A DNA stretch of 62,548 nucleotides from a virus. Location: IMG/VR virus record IMGVR_UViG_3300045988_075790; one strand, given 5' to 3'. Shown one piece after another: positions 16,562 through 24,262 of this stretch. Position numbers and translations under genes: made by a program. The notes below the pieces were generated by a model that saw only the letters and a program-made list of their open reading frames with translations, ran no database searches and was not told where the DNA came from. Numbering within the stretch: the first letter of the stretch is position 1; every line of letters starts with the position of its first letter.

Positions 16562-16790
16562 GTGGGGCCAAAAGTGGGGCCAGAGGATAAAGAAAGACGC
16601 TGATTCTTTACGAACCAGCGCCTTTTCTGCATGGAGCGGGCAATGGGAATCGAACAACTGTTTTTATTCATCGACGTTGTAAAAACCAGATGTTTTTACT
16701 GAAAGCGCATCGTTTTTTCTGGAAGGGCTTGCATCTATTTGCTGGCCCTTTTTATTTTTTACAAAAATATGTGGGGCCGAAAGTGGGGCC
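16562..16790 (-). other. Candidate attP: tRNA 3'-end core (16632..16655) flanked by two tandem pairs of GTGGGGCC arm-type repeats
   Basis: Minus strand of 16632..16655 reads GTTCGATTCCCATTGCCCGCTCCA (T-loop, acceptor 3' strand, discriminator U, CCA). GTGGGGCC occurs at 16562, 16574, 16771 and 16783 (12-bp spacing within pairs). The integrase stop lies 220 bp away. Confidence 0.55.
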
Positions 16791-16875
16791 AACTGGGTGG
16801 CCGTTTGGGTGGAGGTCTCAATCCGACCACCCAATGTTCTTCCGGCCCGCACGGTCTGGGGCTGGGGCCTACTGC

Positions 16876-18012
16876 TCACCCGTGGGCCTTCTTGATGGCC
16901 TCCGTGGTGGCATCTGCCAGCTCTGCCCTCTGGCCCTGCATCTCGTGTTGATACACGCCAAAGGTGTCCATGTTCTTACTGTGTCCAACCAAAAGCTTGA
17001 GCTGCCCCTCTGTGAGCTGCCCGGCCTCCATGCTGACAAAAGTGTGCCGCAGCTCGTATAGGGTGATTCTGGGCGATATGCCGTTTGTGTCCTGATACTT
17101 TTCCCACCGGCGGGCAAGCGACCTCTGACAAGGTATCTGGAACAGCGGCGTGTTATAGTTGAGCTGGACGCCCTGAGCCTTCAAGAGCTGTACCTGTGCC
17201 TCGTATGCTTCTCTGGCCTGCTGGCACATATCGAAAGACCTGACGCTGTTCTCGTTCTTTCCTGTTGTCTCCTCATCCAGCGTGTTGATGCTGCGCCTGA
17301 GGCTGACAGTGTTCCCTTTGATGTCTCCATACCATAGGCCCACAAGCTCCCCGGGACGCACCCCTGTGGACACGGAGAACCTATATGCGTAGATATAGTC
17401 ATCGAAAATTCGCTTCGTATGCCAGAGGCGCGTATCCACCGAAAATAGGATTCTCAGCGCGTTGGGCTGGAGTATCTTCCGCTTTCCCATTCTGGCCCCC
17501 TTGGGGATGCTCAACTCAGGGTTCAGGGTGGTGTACTTATTCCGGCGGCACCAGCGCAGAAAGCTGTTGGAGGTGGAGCGGATGGTCATGAGTGTTTTCT
17601 TGCTGAGGGGCTTGTCGCTGGTTTTCATAACCTTACGCTTTGCCAGGCACCTCTTTTTGTACGACATATCAATGGCCTTCTGGAGATCGCCCTCGGTCAG
17701 CTCCTCGATTCTGAGGTTGCCGACCACTGGGAGAATATAATAATCGCCATACTTCCGGCACTGCATCACATAAGATGTCCCGGCTGAAAGGGCCACATCT
17801 TCCACCCACTCATCGTATAGAGTTGATACCTTCTTTCGGCCATCCCTGACGCTATCATCCAACCATGCGTCCGCTTTGGCGTTGGCTTCCCTCTGGCCAG
17901 TTCTGCCCGGCGTGTTGCTGTAAAAGCATTTTTGCGTTCCGTTCTTCTGGACTTTGATTCGCCAGCGGCCTTCAGCCTCTCTCCATGTCGCGGTTCCTGT
18001 TCTCTTTTTCAC
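16876..18012 (-). CDS. int: Tyrosine integrase
   Basis: 378 aa. C-terminal 'LYELRHTFVS...LLVGHSKNMDTFGVYQH' fits the R..H-x-x-R..Y catalytic pattern. SAM-like N-terminal region. Confidence 0.9.
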   Translation of the reverse strand: MKKRTGTATWREAEGRWRIKVQKNGTQKCFYSNTPGRTGQREANAKADAWLDDSVRDGRKKVSTLYDEWVEDVALSAGTSYVMQCRKYGDYYILPVVGNLRIEELTEGDLQKAIDMSYKKRCLAKRKVMKTSDKPLSKKTLMTIRSTSNSFLRWCRRNKYTTLNPELSIPKGARMGKRKILQPNALRILFSVDTRLWHTKRIFDDYIYAYRFSVSTGVRPGELVGLWYGDIKGNTVSLRRSINTLDEETTGKNENSVRSFDMCQQAREAYEAQVQLLKAQGVQLNYNTPLFQIPCQRSLARRWEKYQDTNGISPRITLYELRHTFVSMEAGQLTEGQLKLLVGHSKNMDTFGVYQHEMQGQRAELADATTEAIKKAHG

Positions 18013-18436
18013 AGCATAGCCAACCTCCTCTCCTGTCCTTGTAAAAGTAGTATGCCCGCCTGACGTACTCTTCCGTTGTGTCCAGCTCCTCTGCTATCTC
18101 CCAAGCATCAAGGCCCTGCTGGAGTAGTGACATCAGCTTGCCCTCTGGTATCGCGTGAAGTATGTACCAATGGTCGGCCCTGACCTCATGCTGCTCCATG
18201 AGATCGTAAGGCGTGGCGCGTGTATAGAACCCTCCGTATAGACAATGGCCCAGCTCGTGCCCAAGGCGGGCGGCCTCCTCTGCCTGCGTCAGCTTCCGGC
18301 TGCTGTCGATGCCGATATAGCATCTTCCTCCCTGCTCGATGCTGATGCTACCTGTTTCCGGCAGTGGGAAGCTGAGCACCTCTATTCCGCTTTTCTCTGC
18401 TGTGTCGTAAAGCTCACTTACTCTGTCCATTCGCAT
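17972..18436 (-). CDS. ImmA/IrrE-family metallopeptidase
   Basis: 'LGHELGHCLYG' HExxH motif. Overlaps and follows the XRE repressor gene, as in ImmR/ImmA pairs. Confidence 0.8.
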   Translation of the reverse strand: MRMDRVSELYDTAEKSGIEVLSFPLPETGSISIEQGGRCYIGIDSSRKLTQAEEAARLGHELGHCLYGGFYTRATPYDLMEQHEVRADHWYILHAIPEGKLMSLLQQGLDAWEIAEELDTTEEYVRRAYYFYKDRRGGWLCCEKENRNRDMERG

Positions 18437-18788
18437 CCCGCTCCTTTATAAAACGAGCGAAGTTCTTGACTTCCTCGAACTGAGCGTCCGTCACATCGCC
18501 ACCCCCGAAGAGCGCGAACTTCAGATCTTCATCCGTAACACCTCGGCTGCTATCTGCTGCCGGGGCTTTTTCTTTTTCTGGGGTGTCCGATTCTCCGTAT
18601 AGATATGCGCTAGTCGTACCTAGCTGCTCCGCGCAAAAATTTACAAATTCCCTTGGCGGTTCTGTGTTGCGCTTCTCGAACATTCTGATGTAGTTGTCCG
18701 CATGCCCTGAGGCTTGGCAGAGAGCTTTTCTTGTTATTCCGCTGGATTTTAAGAGCGAATCGAGCCTATCAAACATAAATGTACCCAT
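18414..18788 (-). CDS. XRE-family repressor (CI-like)
   Basis: N-terminal HTH 'LLKSSGITRKALCQASGHADNYIRMFEKR'. Divergent from the early promoter/operators. Confidence 0.8.
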   Translation of the reverse strand: MGTFMFDRLDSLLKSSGITRKALCQASGHADNYIRMFEKRNTEPPREFVNFCAEQLGTTSAYLYGESDTPEKEKAPAADSSRGVTDEDLKFALFGGGDVTDAQFEEVKNFARFIKERDANGQSK

Positions 18789-18832
18789 CTGGAACCTCCA
18801 AAATTAACAAAAAGCTAAATTTTTTCAAAGAG

Positions 18833-18894
18833 ATTAGCGGAAAGCTATTTACAAATTAGCGAAAAGCTAGTATAATAGCATTGTCAAAAGTAGT
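18833..18894 (+). promoter_or_regulatory. Early promoter 1 with operators (copy 1 of a 62-bp repeat)
   Basis: TTTACA (18848..18853) -17- TATAAT (18871..18876). Operators TTAGCGGAAAGCTA and TTAGCGAAAAGCTA are 21 bp apart. 58/62 identical to 27210..27271. Confidence 0.8.
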
Positions 18895-18956
18895 TAGAAA
18901 CTAGCTAAATGATAGCATCAACTAATAAAAAAATCAACACTTTGGAGGAAAGAAAA

Positions 18957-19124
18957 ATGAAGAACATCGAAATGATGAAACAGTACATCCGAGAGAACAG
19001 CCTGACCGGTCAGGTGAGAGAGCTTGTCAATGGCGCGGATATGGATTCCGAAGACGCAATCGAGTACGTGTACGATGCTCATGTTATGAGCAAAAAGGAT
19101 TTTGCTGCCAAGTATTTTGGCTGA
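18957..19124 (+). CDS. Hypothetical early protein
   Basis: 55 aa, SD ggagga (ttggaggaaagaaaaATG). Confidence 0.5.
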   Translation: MKNIEMMKQYIRENSLTGQVRELVNGADMDSEDAIEYVYDAHVMSKKDFAAKYFG

Positions 19125-19147
19125 GCCTTGAATTGGAGGAAAGAAAA

Positions 19148-19339
19148 ATGAAAAGTTTCGATGTGCTGCACGAGGGAAACAAGGTCTGGAACGAGGAGGA
19201 CGGCACCATGTCCGTGATGTTCTGCGATGTCAACAGTGATGGCAAAAAGATCATGTGCCTCGCTGATGACCGCAGCATTTACCCGGCCAGCCAGTTTGAC
19301 CCTGCCGACTGGGAGCTGCTGGAGAACAAGGAGGGCTGA
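19148..19339 (+). CDS. Small early protein with DUF2829/Tad2-like motifs (tentative)
   Basis: 63 aa. 'LHEGNKVWNEEDG' and 'YPASQFDPADWELL' resemble the 'LK.GKKV.R.GWNG' and 'PWLASQTDLLAEDWEIV' blocks of DUF2829 (from memory). Confidence 0.35.
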   Translation: MKSFDVLHEGNKVWNEEDGTMSVMFCDVNSDGKKIMCLADDRSIYPASQFDPADWELLENKEG

Positions 19340-19342
19340 ACA

Positions 19343-19549
19343 ATGAGGTGGTTTAAGGATTCCGATAGATACGTCCGTGAGGACGGTAAGTGCTACATCC
19401 GGCAACGGGAAGTTCGCATCAATGGCCGTTGGTGCTGGCGATGGTGCGTGTATGGTGATGTAGGAGGTCGGCACATTGATGATGTCATTGAGATGTTCCG
19501 GACCCTGAAGGCCGCAAAGCTGGCCTACGATAATGTCAACCCCGCCTGA
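19343..19549 (+). CDS. Hypothetical early protein (Trp/Cys/Arg-rich)
   Basis: 68-aa ORF directly after the preceding stop. Confidence 0.45.
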   Translation: MRWFKDSDRYVREDGKCYIRQREVRINGRWCWRWCVYGDVGGRHIDDVIEMFRTLKAAKLAYDNVNPA

Positions 19550-19606
19550 TGATGGCTGCGTGGCAGCAGCCGAAACACCCGAAAGGGTGTCGCGGGAGCC
19601 ACCGCA
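19541..19606 (+). promoter_or_regulatory. Conserved three-hairpin RNA element, copy A (nut/put-like candidate)
   Basis: ggctgc-gtggca-gcagcc, caccc-gaaa-gggtg and gcgg-gagcca-ccgc. Near-identical to 27886..27952, with a stem-preserving C->T change. Confidence 0.55.
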
Positions 19607-19638
19607 GAAAATAATGAGTACATGGGAGGTTTATTTTT

Positions 19639-20118
19639 ATGGTTGATAAGAACGGCAGGCAGATTCAGACCGGCGATGTGGTGCTGGTATCTGGAGGCTA
19701 TTTCAAGTCGGATAATGGCCTGTTCGCGGTGATTCACGCACCCGGCGACCCCGGCTGGTATGGCGAGAGCTGCTGCCTGAACAAGCTGTGCAGGAGCGGC
19801 AAGCTGAGTGAGGGCAAGTATGCCACGGCCTTTTGGCCCATTGCTGTGAATGCTGGAAGCTGGCGCACCCGGATGGATGCCAAGAGCTGGAACGCCGCCA
19901 ATGCTGAGATTCTGGTCGTGGATGATGTGAACCACTCCTATATTGCTGAGAATTTCCGCAGTAGGGCCGAGATGCTCCAGCCGACCATTGACCGTGCCCG
20001 GTGGAATTCCGGCGAAGATGGAGATGAGTTCAAGCGGCTGGAGAATCTGAGGGCTTTCTATATCAGTGTAGCCGACCGTGCTGCTGCCGCGAACTGGCTG
20101 CAAAACGGAGGCGTTTGA
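19639..20118 (+). CDS. Hypothetical protein
   Basis: 159 aa, SD gggagg. Confidence 0.55.
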   Translation: MVDKNGRQIQTGDVVLVSGGYFKSDNGLFAVIHAPGDPGWYGESCCLNKLCRSGKLSEGKYATAFWPIAVNAGSWRTRMDAKSWNAANAEILVVDDVNHSYIAENFRSRAEMLQPTIDRARWNSGEDGDEFKRLENLRAFYISVADRAAAANWLQNGGV

Positions 20119-20119
20119 G

Positions 20120-20371
20120 ATGGCACAGAAGATTTACATCGTGCAGGCGGGGTTCTTACCTGTTGGGGCCTCTGATGTGACAGGATGGCGCAGCCACTCT
20201 TTCTATGCTGGCCGCAGGGCTTATGATGGTGCGGTGGCCGAGTATGAAAAAGAGGTTCGGAAGAATCTCCACCCGCAGCGGCGGTTCCGTGTGGTCTGTG
20301 CTGAGGATTGCAGCCGCAAAGATACCTACGCCTACGTCTGCGGGTTTAAGAGCAGCGCAAAAACACTCTAA
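20120..20371 (+). CDS. Hypothetical protein
   Basis: 83 aa. ATG 20120 immediately after the upstream stop. Confidence 0.5.
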   Translation: MAQKIYIVQAGFLPVGASDVTGWRSHSFYAGRRAYDGAVAEYEKEVRKNLHPQRRFRVVCAEDCSRKDTYAYVCGFKSSAKTL

Positions 20372-20384
20372 GGGAGGCAAGAAC

Positions 20385-20912
20385 ATGACCGTTTTAGAAA
20401 GATTGAAGGCTGCCGGATATGACCCGGCAAAGGCCATCACTCATTATCCTGCTGCTGGCACGGGCGAGATGGAATGTGCCAGAATCGCAATCAACACCTT
20501 TCGCGGCCTTCCCCTTGAAAGAAACATCCTTGTTGTGGCTGCTACCGCTTTCACGGTGCTTCCTGATGGCTCCTATGGACTGTACCCTGAATACTGGCCG
20601 CACTATCTGGAAGCCTCTGCACATCTGTACTTTCCACTTGATGCTGAGTTCGGCAGCTGTGAGATTGACCCGCAAAACCGCAGTGAGCACGACCGCCATG
20701 TTCTTCTTGACCGCCTCTTGTCAGATTGCAGATACTTCCTTGGAGCTGGGCACCGGAGCGATGCTTGCCTCTGGGCCGGAAACGTCCAGAGCCAGGCACA
20801 GACAATGCGGAGCCTGTGGGCGAGCCTCCCTGAGGACTGCAAGCCCACATGGACTACGCTGGAGAAAATCAACCAGTATGTTGAGGAAATGCAGCGGTGC
20901 GAGATTTACTGA
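20385..20912 (+). CDS. Hypothetical protein
   Basis: 175 aa, SD gggagg before the internal ATG 20385 of the track ORF. Confidence 0.55.
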   Translation: MTVLERLKAAGYDPAKAITHYPAAGTGEMECARIAINTFRGLPLERNILVVAATAFTVLPDGSYGLYPEYWPHYLEASAHLYFPLDAEFGSCEIDPQNRSEHDRHVLLDRLLSDCRYFLGAGHRSDACLWAGNVQSQAQTMRSLWASLPEDCKPTWTTLEKINQYVEEMQRCEIY

Positions 20913-20927
20913 TTGGAGGAAAAGACA

Positions 20928-21323
20928 ATGTTCAACATTACCGATAATGAGAAGCTGCGGGATGCGTATGCGCTCTTGATGTTCATGCAGAACGATATTC
21001 CTGCCTCTGCTGAGAAGAAGTCCGCCGTGAAAAATTTGGCCGCAACAGTCAAGAGGGAGATTCGGGCCTACAACAACCGCCCGGCTTCCAATGTGCGCAT
21101 CATCAGTGGTGATTATAATGGCCATCTGGATTTGGTTCGGCTGCCCGATGAACTGGACAGGATGCACGAAGAGGCTGCTGCTGACTGGTTCCGCGGCAAC
21201 TGCTATCTGGAATACCACAACAGCCCCTATGACTGCACAGGGCAGGAGTTCACGAACTGGTTCTATCTGTTCCGGCGGCATGGCCACTGGTTTGCATACC
21301 ACAAGGTGTGCCTGGATGTCTGA
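20928..21323 (+). CDS. Hypothetical protein
   Basis: 131 aa, SD ttggagga. Confidence 0.55.
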   Translation: MFNITDNEKLRDAYALLMFMQNDIPASAEKKSAVKNLAATVKREIRAYNNRPASNVRIISGDYNGHLDLVRLPDELDRMHEEAAADWFRGNCYLEYHNSPYDCTGQEFTNWFYLFRRHGHWFAYHKVCLDV

Positions 21324-21336
21324 GGAGGTGGAAAGG

Positions 21337-21579
21337 ATGGCAAAATACACAATCGATGCAGTTCTGGAGGTCTGGGGCAGCTTTGATGTTGAGGCTGACA
21401 ACCTTGGAGAAGCATATCGGAAGGCTGGGGAGAACCCCGGCAAGTATGCCAACCTGAAGGTCTGGAATGATGGAGCGGAGGCACAGCTCAGAACGTACAG
21501 CCACATCAACTGCATTGGCGAGTATGACGTTGACGATGCTGTTGCTGCTCTCACTGGGAAGGAGGCGAAGAAAGAATGA
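21337..21579 (+). CDS. Hypothetical protein
   Basis: 80 aa, SD gaggaggtgg. Confidence 0.5.
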   Translation: MAKYTIDAVLEVWGSFDVEADNLGEAYRKAGENPGKYANLKVWNDGAEAQLRTYSHINCIGEYDVDDAVAALTGKEAKKE

Positions 21580-21854
21580 ACGAGCGTGTTCGAGCTGCTG
21601 GGCAGCCTCCTGTTGGGAGCTACCGCAATATTCCGTATTTTGCCCTGAGAGGCATTTTCCATGAGCACGGATACCATGACAGGGAGGTTGCTGAAGCCGT
21701 TGGCATCAGTGAAGGCGCATTCTCTATGAAGATGCGGGGCCATTCCCATTGGCGTGGAGATCAGATTGCTGCAATCTGTGAGCTGATGGACATCCCGCAG
21801 AAGGACATCGGGAGGCTGTTCTTCCCGCAAGTGAATGGAGGCCGTAAACAATGA
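21576..21854 (+). CDS. Small HTH-type regulator (tentative)
   Basis: 'HDREVAEAVGISEGAFSMKMRG' HTH-like. ATGA coupling at both ends. Confidence 0.45.
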   Translation: MNERVRAAGQPPVGSYRNIPYFALRGIFHEHGYHDREVAEAVGISEGAFSMKMRGHSHWRGDQIAAICELMDIPQKDIGRLFFPQVNGGRKQ

Positions 21855-22780
21855 GCTATGAGATTAACGAGGATATGGCCCGGCTGGCGCACGAGATGCG
21901 CTCTGACAGGGAGTATGTGCCCGGCTCTGCAACCGCCGAGTACCAGCGTCAGGTGGATGAGGCGCGGCGCATTGCTGAGGAAGTGAAGGCCCAGTGCAAG
22001 ACCACCGCCCAGCGGAATCGGGTGGATGGGATGCTCGACAAGTACGAGCGGACGCTGGCCTTTTACATCAACCGTGACAACGAGATTGGTACATGGTGCC
22101 CCAGTATCCTGATTGCCGGAGGCTCCAACTTCCCTGCGAAGAAGAAGGAACGCCAGAACGATGCTTGGCGGGCCAACCTCGCCAACTACGATAAGGCTGC
22201 GGAGCTGCTGGATAATATTCGGGACTATGGGCACAATGCCCCCATCAATAGCCGCGACCCTGAAGCTCTGACCGCCCTGCGGAAGAAGCTGGAGCGCGTC
22301 AAGGACCAGCATGAGCACATGAAGGCCGTCAACCTGTTCTACCGGGAGAACGACACACTTGATGGCTGCCCGGACATTGGCCCTCTGGAGAAGGCTGCAA
22401 TCGAAGGCCGAATGCGGCAGTGGAATGACCGCAAGCCGTACCTCACATGGCAGATTGGGAACGTCAGGAAGCAGATTCAGCAAATCGAAAAGCGCATTGC
22501 TGAAATGGAAGCCGCTGTGCAGGAAAACGCCCAGCCGGTTGCCGTGGAGGACTTGCCCGGCATTACTTACCACGAGAATAGCTCTACCATGCGGGTGCAG
22601 CTCATCTTTGAGGGAAAGCCTGAGCCTGACATCCGGGCCATTCTGAAGTCTCACGCCTTCAAGTGGTGCCCTTCTCAGGGCGCATGGCAGCGGCAGCTCA
22701 CGGAGAATGGAAAAAGGGCCGCCCGCGAGGTTCTGGCCCAGATCCGGATGCTCCAGAATGGAGGTGAGCAGGGTGCTTGA
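21851..22780 (+). CDS. DUF3560-like protein (tentative)
   Basis: 309 aa. C-terminal 'LKSHAFKWCPSQGAWQRQLTENG' resembles the DUF3560 terminal motif (from memory). Confidence 0.4.
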   Translation: MSYEINEDMARLAHEMRSDREYVPGSATAEYQRQVDEARRIAEEVKAQCKTTAQRNRVDGMLDKYERTLAFYINRDNEIGTWCPSILIAGGSNFPAKKKERQNDAWRANLANYDKAAELLDNIRDYGHNAPINSRDPEALTALRKKLERVKDQHEHMKAVNLFYRENDTLDGCPDIGPLEKAAIEGRMRQWNDRKPYLTWQIGNVRKQIQQIEKRIAEMEAAVQENAQPVAVEDLPGITYHENSSTMRVQLIFEGKPEPDIRAILKSHAFKWCPSQGAWQRQLTENGKRAAREVLAQIRMLQNGGEQGA

Positions 22781-23198
22781 CAACTGCGGCGATACCATGA
22801 AGGCCCGAAAGAAGCTGCTTGTGTCCTTCCCCGGCAGCTATATCAACAGCCGAGACGAGTTTATTGCTCATCCGCGCACAAACCAATATTTCCTGCTGGC
22901 CGACTGCATGACCCCTGAGGACGTCCAAGCCAAAGTGCTTGAGTGGCTGTCGCGGGCTGCCTTCAAGACGCAGCCCTATTCTCAAGAGTGGCGAAATGAC
23001 CGCTTCCACAGTGCCATGCGGGTTTCCATCAATGCTTTTCTGGGCACAGCCTTTACCGAAGAGGATATGGAGATCATTTATTGCAAGCCGGGAAACCGCA
23101 TCAACCACGAGCTGACGATGCAGTTTATTCTCACTGGATGTGACATTGCGTGGCTGGCCTCTGATGGCAAGACGCGCTCAGAACCGGATTGGAGGTGA
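22773..23198 (+). CDS. Hypothetical protein
   Basis: GTG 22773 lies 8 nt after ggagg. Start is uncertain (alternatives 22758 and 22797). Confidence 0.45.
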   Translation: MLDNCGDTMKARKKLLVSFPGSYINSRDEFIAHPRTNQYFLLADCMTPEDVQAKVLEWLSRAAFKTQPYSQEWRNDRFHSAMRVSINAFLGTAFTEEDMEIIYCKPGNRINHELTMQFILTGCDIAWLASDGKTRSEPDWR

Positions 23199-23202
23199 TT
23201 CT

Positions 23203-23406
23203 GTGGATATTCTGGATATTTTGATAGCTGGGATGCCGAAGGCCCCATCTGATGCCTGCGACTTCTGGCAAGACGGCGAAGAAGTTTTCTGCCGCACCGA
23301 AGAGCAGGCAAATGCCATAGCTGAGCTTTTCGTAAAGCTGCTGCCTGACAGCACGGTTGCTGTCACCCTGCTGGAAGAAATCGGCTGGTATTGCGTCAAC
23401 GTCTAA
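23203..23406 (+). CDS. Hypothetical small acidic protein
   Basis: 67 aa. GTG 7 nt after ggagg. Confidence 0.45.
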   Translation: MDILDILIAGMPKAPSDACDFWQDGEEVFCRTEEQANAIAELFVKLLPDSTVAVTLLEEIGWYCVNV

Positions 23407-23459
23407 AAATAAGCGTTCCTGCGTTAGGGACCACTTGAATTTTGAAGGGAGATTTTTAC

Positions 23460-24053
23460 ATGAACGGTATGTTTTATCGTGGCGAGGTCTACTATGTTTA
23501 TCCTACTGGTAATGAGATTGGGAGCGAGCAGCACGCTGGCCGCCCGGCCATCATTGTGAGCAACAACCATAACAACAAAAACTCCTCCACTCTGGAGATC
23601 GTCTATTTGACCACGCGGGAGAAGAAGCCCATGCAGACCCACGTTCACATCAATGCTGCTGGGAAGCTGCAGGAATCCACTGCCCTCTGTGAGCAGATTT
23701 TTACTGTGGACAAGCTGCGGCTGAATGACTACATCGGCCAGCTGTGCGATAAGGAGATGCAGGACATCGAGTTTGGCCTGATGGTCAGTTTGGGCCTTGA
23801 CAACTACATTTCCAAGCCGAAAGAGGCTCCTGGCACTGCTGATATTGTTGGCCCTGTTGCCGTTCCCGACCCAGCCCCGGCTCCTGTCAAGAGTGCTGTG
23901 CAGGCCTTTTCTGATGGCCGCAAGAGCCTTGTGCAGCCTGCTGCTCCTTCTGAGGGGGGGCATTCTTACGAGCGGGAGTTTATCTCTGCTTGCGCACAGC
24001 GTGATGTTTACCGGGAGTTGTGCATGAAGATGATCGAGCAGCGGAGGGTGTGA
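23460..24053 (+). CDS. PemK/MazF-family toxin-like endoribonuclease domain with Pro-rich linker and ~60-aa C-terminal extension
   Basis: 'RGEVYYV...GSEQHAGRPAIIVSNN...VYLTT...THVHI...LCEQIFTVDKLRL..YIGQL' matches the MazF/PemK fold pattern. 197 aa versus ~115 typical. Confidence 0.65.
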   Translation: MNGMFYRGEVYYVYPTGNEIGSEQHAGRPAIIVSNNHNNKNSSTLEIVYLTTREKKPMQTHVHINAAGKLQESTALCEQIFTVDKLRLNDYIGQLCDKEMQDIEFGLMVSLGLDNYISKPKEAPGTADIVGPVAVPDPAPAPVKSAVQAFSDGRKSLVQPAAPSEGGHSYEREFISACAQRDVYRELCMKMIEQRRV

Positions 24054-24054
24054 G

Positions 24055-24249
24055 ATGATTCTGGAAGAAGTCGCGCAGAGCGTTCTGGCCATCGTAGCAA
24101 CAGCCATTATTTTGACCTTGTTTGTACGCATGGTCACTGTTGCTCTGAAAGCCGTTGCAGAGGGAGACAGGAAAATGATGATTGCTGCGTATTCTTCGTT
24201 GGCTGCCCTCGTTTTTGCCCTTGCGATTGTGTATTGGGCCGTGAGCTGA
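24055..24249 (+). CDS. Small 2-TM membrane protein (paralog A)
   Basis: 64 aa with two hydrophobic helices. ATGA coupling to the MazF-like gene. Confidence 0.55.
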   Translation: MILEEVAQSVLAIVATAIILTLFVRMVTVALKAVAEGDRKMMIAAYSSLAALVFALAIVYWAVS

Positions 24250-24262
24250 TGGAGGTGCAAAG

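Noticed and set aside
20898-20918. Repeated junction 'TTACTGATTGGAGG' (also at 25656..25675).
   Set aside because: It is just a Tyr codon, a TGA stop and an SD reused at two gene boundaries. It is too short to argue for anything beyond common translational-coupling syntax.
23954-23960. G7 tract inside the MazF-like gene as a second phase-variation site.
   Set aside because: The gene is in frame as assembled and the tract is shorter than those that usually slip. There is no evidence of an alternative frame with coding signal.
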